This document shows, piece after piece, positions 58,408 through 64,000 of a stretch of DNA of 64,000 bases. The notes beneath the pieces were generated by a model, which had not been told where the DNA came from, ran no database searches, and saw nothing but the letters and a program-made list of their open reading frames with translations. The position numbers were made by a program, and so were the translations under genes. How positions within the stretch are numbered: the stretch's first letter is position 1; every line of letters begins with the position of its first letter. The stretch is taken from NCBI GenBank assembly GCA_034521595.1, contig JAXHMG010000003.1, positions 192,001-256,000 on the forward strand, in the 5' to 3' direction. This DNA is from Gemmatimonadota bacterium. Lineage in GTDB: Bacteria; Gemmatimonadota; Gemmatimonadetes; Longimicrobiales; Gaopeijiaceae.

Positions 58408-59052
58408 TCACCCCAGCGGCGTCATCTCCAGCCTCGAGATGTGCAGGTTCAACCCGTGATTGACCCGAAACCCGTAGGCCCCGTCCACGGCGAGGTCGTC
58501 CCGCGGACCGCGCCACACCTCGCGCCCGTTCACGAGGAAGCGGAGGGTGCCGTCGTCGGCCTCGACCGTCAGCACGTTGCGGACCGATGCGTCGTCTCCT
58601 CGCTCGGAGTACGACAAGATCGCTTCGTGCCCCGTCCACGGCTCGATGGTGGGCGCCTCGGACCCGTCGCGATGCTTCACGATGAACTGTCCGCCGTTCC
58701 GGATCAGGAAGTACGTGTAGGCGAGCTCCTGCGCGTCGAGGTTTCGGCCCCCGATGAAGATGCCGAAGGCCTCCCTGCGTTCCCCTGGATCGAAGAGATA
58801 CACCTCCATCTCGACGCGAAACGAGCCCGTCGCCTCCGCTTCGGGGTGCCAGTAGATACCCGCCGGACCCGAAGTGACGTGCCAGCCCGGAGGCATTTCG
58901 ACGAACTGCTCGAGCTGCTCCTCGGTCGCTCCCGGTTGGTCGAAGCGGACCCGCCAGTCGCTGGGCCGTTCGAAGTCCTGTGCCGACAGGGCGGTGGCCG
59001 GGAGCACGCTGGCGGAAAGCACCGCGAGCACGAGGGGGAAGCGAAGTCGCAT
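58408..59052 (-). CDS. Secreted hypothetical protein (lectin/ConA-like beta fold suspected)
   Basis: Signal peptide; beta-rich, FLVNG..G.YGFRVNH. Confidence 0.7.
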   Translation of the reverse strand: MRLRFPLVLAVLSASVLPATALSAQDFERPSDWRVRFDQPGATEEQLEQFVEMPPGWHVTSGPAGIYWHPEAEATGSFRVEMEVYLFDPGERREAFGIFIGGRNLDAQELAYTYFLIRNGGQFIVKHRDGSEAPTIEPWTGHEAILSYSERGDDASVRNVLTVEADDGTLRFLVNGREVWRGPRDDLAVDGAYGFRVNHGLNLHISRLEMTPLG

Positions 59053-59175
59053 CAGGGTTCCTGGCGAAGGGGGGATCCGCTGTAAAACGAAGGTCGGATG
59101 CCGGGGTTCCGGTGTCAAACCGGCGGGCGTGGGGCTACCTTCGACCCTCACGATTCCCGTTGAGAGGAAGCGCGC

Positions 59176-60123
59176 ATGAAGCCCCTAGCTCTTTTCGCCG
59201 CATGGATTTCCGTCGGCGCTTCGGTTCTGCCCGCCCAGGAGCCGACGGATCCGGTGTCCGAGGAGGGGACACCGGTCGAAGGGGAGGACTTTCGCGTCTT
59301 CCGAGCGGATGGCTCGGCGGCCGCGTTCGACGACGTGCTCGCCGGGCTCGACACGGTGGAGGTGCTTCTCGTGGGAGAGGAGCACGGGAACCGGGTTGGA
59401 CACCGGATCGAGGAGGCGCTTCTGCGCGAGGCCGTGGAGCGCTATCGGGGCTCGACGCGGTGGCTCACCCTCTCGCTGGAGATGTTCGAGCGTGACGTGC
59501 AGTACGTTCTGGACGAATATCTCGACGGATTGATCACGGAGACGCACTTCCTCGACAGTGCGCGTCCGTGGGAGGAATACGGCGTCCGGTATCGGCCGTT
59601 GATCGAGCTCGCTCGCCAGGAGGGCATGCCGGTCGTCGCCGCCAACGCCCCACGCCGGTACGTGAATCGGGTTACGAGAGAAGGCCCCGAAGCTCTCGAG
59701 GACTTGGGTCCATTGGCGAGATTCTTCCTGCCACCGCTGCCCTATCCGGGACCTTCGGAGGCGTACCGTGCCCAATGGAACGAGATCATGGCGGCGGCCA
59801 TGGGTGATTCCACGGAAGCGCATGCAGCGGACCGGGACTACGCCGGAAGCGAGAACGCGTTGCAGGCACAGGCGTTGTGGGACGCGTCCATGGGACACGC
59901 CATCACGGGGGCACTCGACGTTTCGCCCGACCGCGTCGTCCTCCACTTCGCGGGCTCGTTCCACGTGGAGAGGGGAACCGGCATCGCGGAACGGATCGAG
60001 GACTATCGCCCCGGAACGTCCGTGCTTTCGGTCGTCATGACGGAGGTCGGCGAGGAGAGCCCGCTCCAGTGGGACGCCGAAGCGTACGGAGGGTTGGCGG
60101 ACTTCGTCGTTCTCACGCGCTAA
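59176..60123 (+). CDS. ChaN-family (Tiki/EreA superfamily) exported protein
   Basis: LVGEEH, LSLEMFERD, YRPL, AANAP, QALWDASM, GSFH. Confidence 0.85.
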   Translation: MKPLALFAAWISVGASVLPAQEPTDPVSEEGTPVEGEDFRVFRADGSAAAFDDVLAGLDTVEVLLVGEEHGNRVGHRIEEALLREAVERYRGSTRWLTLSLEMFERDVQYVLDEYLDGLITETHFLDSARPWEEYGVRYRPLIELARQEGMPVVAANAPRRYVNRVTREGPEALEDLGPLARFFLPPLPYPGPSEAYRAQWNEIMAAAMGDSTEAHAADRDYAGSENALQAQALWDASMGHAITGALDVSPDRVVLHFAGSFHVERGTGIAERIEDYRPGTSVLSVVMTEVGEESPLQWDAEAYGGLADFVVLTR

Positions 60124-60191
60124 TCGTCCGTGGCGATGCGGGGGGCGACGATCCCACCGCGCCGCGGGCCCTGACGCCCCCGCACGGAAGG

Positions 60192-60764
60192 TCACGATCC
60201 GTTGCGACGACCCCATAGCGGAATGTTGACACCGACCGTGACGGCGCGCGGATCGAACTCGACGCCCGGTAGGAACACCCAGCGGAACTCGACCTGGGTG
60301 CCCAGGCCCGCGGGGCCGCCCGTCTTCAGCCCGATGACCGCTCCGAAGCCGGTCTTGGTCTCACGTGCGCTCTCGGGATCCGTGCCATAGACGGAATTCC
60401 GGAGCGCGATCCCGCCGCCTCCGTAGAAGCCGCCCTGGCGGCCGCCGCTGACGTAGACCAGGTCGGCGGTGAAGCCGTACTCACGGAGTCGGGTCACGAA
60501 GGTGACGTCCGCTCCCGGCACCACCTCGAGATGGCCGTTCCGGAGCACGGGGATTCTCAACTGGGCTCCCAGGACCTCCCCGTTGGCGGATTGGTCGTAG
60601 CCGAACCGGAGCCCCGCGGAGGCGGGCGGCCACGGGCCCGCCTCCTGTTGGTTTCCGGCCGCGCCGCCTTGCGCGTGCAGAGCCGAGGCCGGAGCCGATA
60701 CGGCCAGCGCGACGGCCAGACTCAGGATCGTGGCACGGAGCCCGCTCCGGGGTGAGCCGCGCAC
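60192..60764 (-). CDS. Putative small outer-membrane beta-barrel
   Basis: Signal peptide; Gly/aromatic beta-strands. Confidence 0.65.
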   Translation of the reverse strand: MRGSPRSGLRATILSLAVALAVSAPASALHAQGGAAGNQQEAGPWPPASAGLRFGYDQSANGEVLGAQLRIPVLRNGHLEVVPGADVTFVTRLREYGFTADLVYVSGGRQGGFYGGGGIALRNSVYGTDPESARETKTGFGAVIGLKTGGPAGLGTQVEFRWVFLPGVEFDPRAVTVGVNIPLWGRRNGS

Positions 60765-60796
60765 GACCCGATGGCGGCTCCCTCGCCCGAGCGGCC

Positions 60797-61348
60797 TCAG
60801 CTCGTGATCCGCCCGTCCGCCACCGCGCGGAGGACGTCTGCGGAGGTCACGATCCCGGCGAGCTGCTGCCGGTCTTCGATTACGACCGCCCGGTGGATCC
60901 GGCCTCGAACCAGGAACTCGCAGAGCTCGGCGACCGTCGTGTCGGGTCGGACCGTGAAGGAGACCGGGGTCATGATCTCCTCGACCGTGGTCCTGTCGAG
61001 CTCACTCTCGGGGAGCTCTGCGAGCATGGCCTGGTCCGTCGCCGGGGTATCCTCGGGTAGGAAGAACCCGTAGGGATCGGACCCGGGATCGTCATCACTG
61101 TCGTCGAAGTCGGCGATCTCGTCCTCGTCGCGTCGCATGGCGGAGGTCACGAGCTGAACGTCGGAATCCTCGGCGGCGAGCCGCACCAGATCGGTCGACG
61201 AGACGACCCCGACGAGCGTTCCACCGGCGTCCAAGACCGGAACGCCGCTTATCTGCTCGTCCGCGAGGAGCCGGGCGAGGTCGCGGGCGACGGCGTCGGT
61301 GGTCACGGTGACCACCTTGGGCTGCATGATATCCCGAACGTAGAGCAT
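60797..61348 (-). CDS. CBS-domain protein
   Basis: VRDIM, ISGVPV, GVVSSTDL, acidic insert, GIVTSADV. Confidence 0.9.
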   Translation of the reverse strand: MLYVRDIMQPKVVTVTTDAVARDLARLLADEQISGVPVLDAGGTLVGVVSSTDLVRLAAEDSDVQLVTSAMRRDEDEIADFDDSDDDPGSDPYGFFLPEDTPATDQAMLAELPESELDRTTVEEIMTPVSFTVRPDTTVAELCEFLVRGRIHRAVVIEDRQQLAGIVTSADVLRAVADGRITS

Positions 61349-61411
61349 GATGATCCTTTATCGGTTTACGAGTGCGCTGTTGTCGGTCTCGGCGTGTGCC
61401 GGCCGCGGGGG

Positions 61412-62320
61412 TCAGCTCTTCTGCTGGCCGACGGGGCGGTGGAGGAGGAGCGGCAGATGCGTGCCGCGGAGCACTTTGTCCGCGGTGCTCCCGAGTAGCG
61501 CCCGGCTCAGGCCCTTCCGTCCATGGGTCGCCATCGCGATCGCGTCGGAGTCGACGGCCTCCGCCTCCAGCAAGATTCCGTGTCCCGCCTGGGCGTCGAC
61601 CGTAACCGACGTGGTGACGCGGAGCCCCCGCCGGCGCATACGCTCGGCCTGCATCTCCAGGTGCTCGGCGGCGCGCTCTTTCGCCTCCTCGAGCACTTCC
61701 TGATTCATCTGCGCGGTATGGGGCAGGTAGGGCGACGCGAGATCCACGGGGTATGCGACCACACGCGTCAGGTGGTACGCCGATCCGAACAGCTCACCGA
61801 ACTCCGTGGCGTGAGCGAGAGCGGACTCCGCGAGCTCCGAGCCGTCCAAGGGCACGAGAAGGTTGTCGAACGCCGTCTCGTCTTCGAGGTCGGGCGTCTC
61901 CTTTTCGTCCGGTCGAACGAGAAGGACCGGCCGGTCGGCCTGCCGAACGAAGCGGTCCGCGACGCTGCCGAGCCAGAGACGCGAGATGGCTCCGCGCCCG
62001 TGCGACGCCATCACCACGAGATCCACTTGCTGGCCCGACGCTTCCTTCTGGAGCATGTCCACGGCATGGCCGCTGAGGATGGACGAAGTCACCTTGCCGT
62101 TCGTCCGATTCGATACGTCCTCGGTCAGCTTCGCGAGGTATTCACGGGTCCACTCCTCCGCCGCTGACGCCCACTCCTCGTACGCGAACGCCGGCACGGG
62201 CTCGACGACCGTCACGAGGTGGAGGGCCGCCCCCGTCCTCCGGCTCAGCGTGATCGCGAGCGGGAGCGCCGCTTCCGCGAACTTGGAGCCGTCCAGGGTC
62301 ACCATGATCTGATTGTACAC
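61412..62320 (-). CDS. Tandem universal stress protein
   Basis: Two USP domains: LDGS..A, MASHGRG...LGSVAD and MATHGRKG...LGSTAD. Confidence 0.94.
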   Translation of the reverse strand: MYNQIMVTLDGSKFAEAALPLAITLSRRTGAALHLVTVVEPVPAFAYEEWASAAEEWTREYLAKLTEDVSNRTNGKVTSSILSGHAVDMLQKEASGQQVDLVVMASHGRGAISRLWLGSVADRFVRQADRPVLLVRPDEKETPDLEDETAFDNLLVPLDGSELAESALAHATEFGELFGSAYHLTRVVAYPVDLASPYLPHTAQMNQEVLEEAKERAAEHLEMQAERMRRRGLRVTTSVTVDAQAGHGILLEAEAVDSDAIAMATHGRKGLSRALLGSTADKVLRGTHLPLLLHRPVGQQKS

Positions 62321-62544
62321 GCTACCTCCTCGTTGTGTCGGGCCGTGTAACGCTCCCCGCCCGGAATCATCCGGATGACGGGGTTGGCTCAGGCCCTGAT
62401 GTGTCCCGCGACGACTGCTTAAATTCTCAGGCCTCGGCGATTCCGGCGGTGTCGGGACGGCAGACGTCCGACCGTCGGGGATCGACCGCGCTCGAGCGTA
62501 GGGTATTTCGCCACAGCGTTCCGCGAAATAGGGGAGCCGTCCGC

Positions 62545-63576
62545 GTGCTACCTTCAGAAGAATACCATGCCATCTTTCTCGCCGCCCCGGACGGGATGTT
62601 CGTGGTCGATGATGACGGAATCATCCGTGACGTCAATCCGAAGGCCGTGGAGTTGTTCGGTTGGACGCGGGAGGAGCTCGTCGAGCAGCCCGTGGAGGTG
62701 CTGGTGCCGGAGGCCCTGCGGGGCCGCCACTGCGAGCATCGCGGCGGATTCATGGCACACCCGCGGAATCGGCCCATGGGGATGGGCCTCGACCTCCTGG
62801 GTCGGCGCAAGGACGGCACGACCTTTCCGGTCGAGATCAGTCTGAGCCCTTGGAAGATGGCCGACGCCCGGGTCCGCGTGATCTGTGCCGTTCGCGACGT
62901 TACGGCCCATCGGCGTCTGAGGGATTTTTCCGAAGGTGCGCTGCGGGCGACCGAGGACGAGCGCCGACGGATCGCGCGGGAGCTTCACGACGACACGGCC
63001 CAACGCCTCGCGACCCTGATCCTCAGGGTCCGCGCCCTCGCGGAGGAGCGGGACGAGGACGCGCGGTTGAGCCTCCTGGAAGAGGTCCGTGCCGAGATCG
63101 TAGCGGCCGCCGAGGACGTGAAGCGCATCTCCCGCGGGCTCCGGCCTCCCGAGCTCGAAGAGGTCGGGTTGGCGCTTGCCCTGCGGGCGCACCTCAGGGT
63201 GCTCCGGGAACGGCTCGCGTTCGAAGTCGATGCCGACCTCGTCGAGGTCGGGACACGACTCGACCTCACGGGTAAGCTCGCGCTCTACCGAATCATCCAG
63301 GAGGCGCTGTCCAACGCGCGTCGGCATGCCGACGCGGAGCGGGTTCACCTCAGTCTGTTCGTCGAGGAGGGGGCGGTGGTGGTGGAGGTGACCGACGATG
63401 GACGGGGCTTCGATCCTGCTTCTCCGATGGAGCGGGACCGGGGGCTCGGTCTCATCGGGATGAAGGAGCGCACCACGATGGTCGGGGGACGCCTCCACAT
63501 CGAGAGCGCGCCGGGCCACGGGACGTCCGTCCGGGTGGCCGTTCCGTTCACGACTTCGGAGGCCGATCATGGGTGA
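62545..63576 (+). CDS. Cytoplasmic PAS sensor kinase (HisKA_3)
   Basis: FixL-like PAS (RGRH..HR..RPMG..GRRKDG), RIARELHD, QEALSN, DDGRGF, GL.GMKER. Confidence 0.9.
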   Translation: MLPSEEYHAIFLAAPDGMFVVDDDGIIRDVNPKAVELFGWTREELVEQPVEVLVPEALRGRHCEHRGGFMAHPRNRPMGMGLDLLGRRKDGTTFPVEISLSPWKMADARVRVICAVRDVTAHRRLRDFSEGALRATEDERRRIARELHDDTAQRLATLILRVRALAEERDEDARLSLLEEVRAEIVAAAEDVKRISRGLRPPELEEVGLALALRAHLRVLRERLAFEVDADLVEVGTRLDLTGKLALYRIIQEALSNARRHADAERVHLSLFVEEGAVVVEVTDDGRGFDPASPMERDRGLGLIGMKERTTMVGGRLHIESAPGHGTSVRVAVPFTTSEADHG

Positions 63577-64000
63577 GGTGCTCCGTGTCCTTCTCGTGGA
63601 CGACCATCCGATGTTTCGGGCCGGGATCAAGGCCCTGCTCGAAGCGGAGGGGAGGGTCGTCGTCGTCGGAGAGGCGGGCTCGGGAGAGGAAGCGGTGGAT
63701 CAGGTGCGCTCCCTGAAGCCGGACGTGGTGGTCATGGACCTTTCCATGCCGGGATCGAGCGGGCTCGAAGCGACTCGGCGCATCGCGGCGCTGGAGCTCG
63801 ATACCAAAGTGTTGGTGCTCACCGTTCACGCGGAAGAGGAGTACCTCGTCCCGGTCGTGGAGGCCGGCGCGAGTGGCTACCTGACCAAGACCAGCGCGGA
63901 CACGGACCTGCACGAGGCGCTTCGCGTGGTCGCGCGCGGGCAGATCTTCCTGCCCCCGACGGCCACGACGCTCCTCCTGCAGCGCTATAAGGAGCGAGAC
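63569..64000 (+). CDS. NarL/FixJ-family response regulator (3' partial)
   Basis: Own translation: MGEVLRVLLVDDHPMFRAG..VMDLSMP..GASGYLTK; overlaps the kinase stop. Confidence 0.92.
   Translation, partial: MGEVLRVLLVDDHPMFRAGIKALLEAEGRVVVVGEAGSGEEAVDQVRSLKPDVVVMDLSMPGSSGLEATRRIAALELDTKVLVLTVHAEEEYLVPVVEAGASGYLTKTSADTDLHEALRVVARGQIFLPPTATTLLLQRYKERD

Overview
High-GC bacterial chromosomal segment with about 58 real protein-coding genes; most other ORFs in the track are antisense or off-frame shadows. Gene content and the many acidic secreted proteins suggest Gemmatimonadota or a similar diderm lineage (inference only). No rRNA, tRNA or CRISPR array was recognised. Main modules: (i) SoxD-like cytochrome c, a 323-bp MITE, panE-ilvD and a YeeE/YedE pair; (ii) a self-contained nitrogen cassette: NifA-like GAF-AAA+-HTH activator, glnK, amtB, TorF-like porin and glnD, with no ntrBC or nif genes, and with readable paired enhancer sites and a sigma54 promoter; (iii) a ~14 kb copper island (csoR-copZ-copA, OmpR-type two-component system, Rieske protein, Met-rich membrane protein, DUF1499, pcoAB, CPH-type ATPase) with a 36-bp box repeated before three genes; (iv) a stress/dormancy-like cluster (patatin, AidB-like, cfa, archease-rtcB, truncated HPF-CSD, ZIP, sigma54 response regulator, CBS protein with a histone-H1-like tail, GT4, fbaB); (v) exported peptide/amino-acid enzymes and a DAACS transporter; (vi) a sigma54-driven alpha-oxoamine synthase / ADC-fold / PaaX operon facing menH-like and MFS genes; (vii) USP and CBS genes divergent from a PAS kinase and NarL regulator. 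The best candidates for undescribed systems are the NifA-like ammonium circuit, the AOS-ADC-PaaX operon and the copper two-component regulon. Family assignments come from motif recognition by eye, not database searches.
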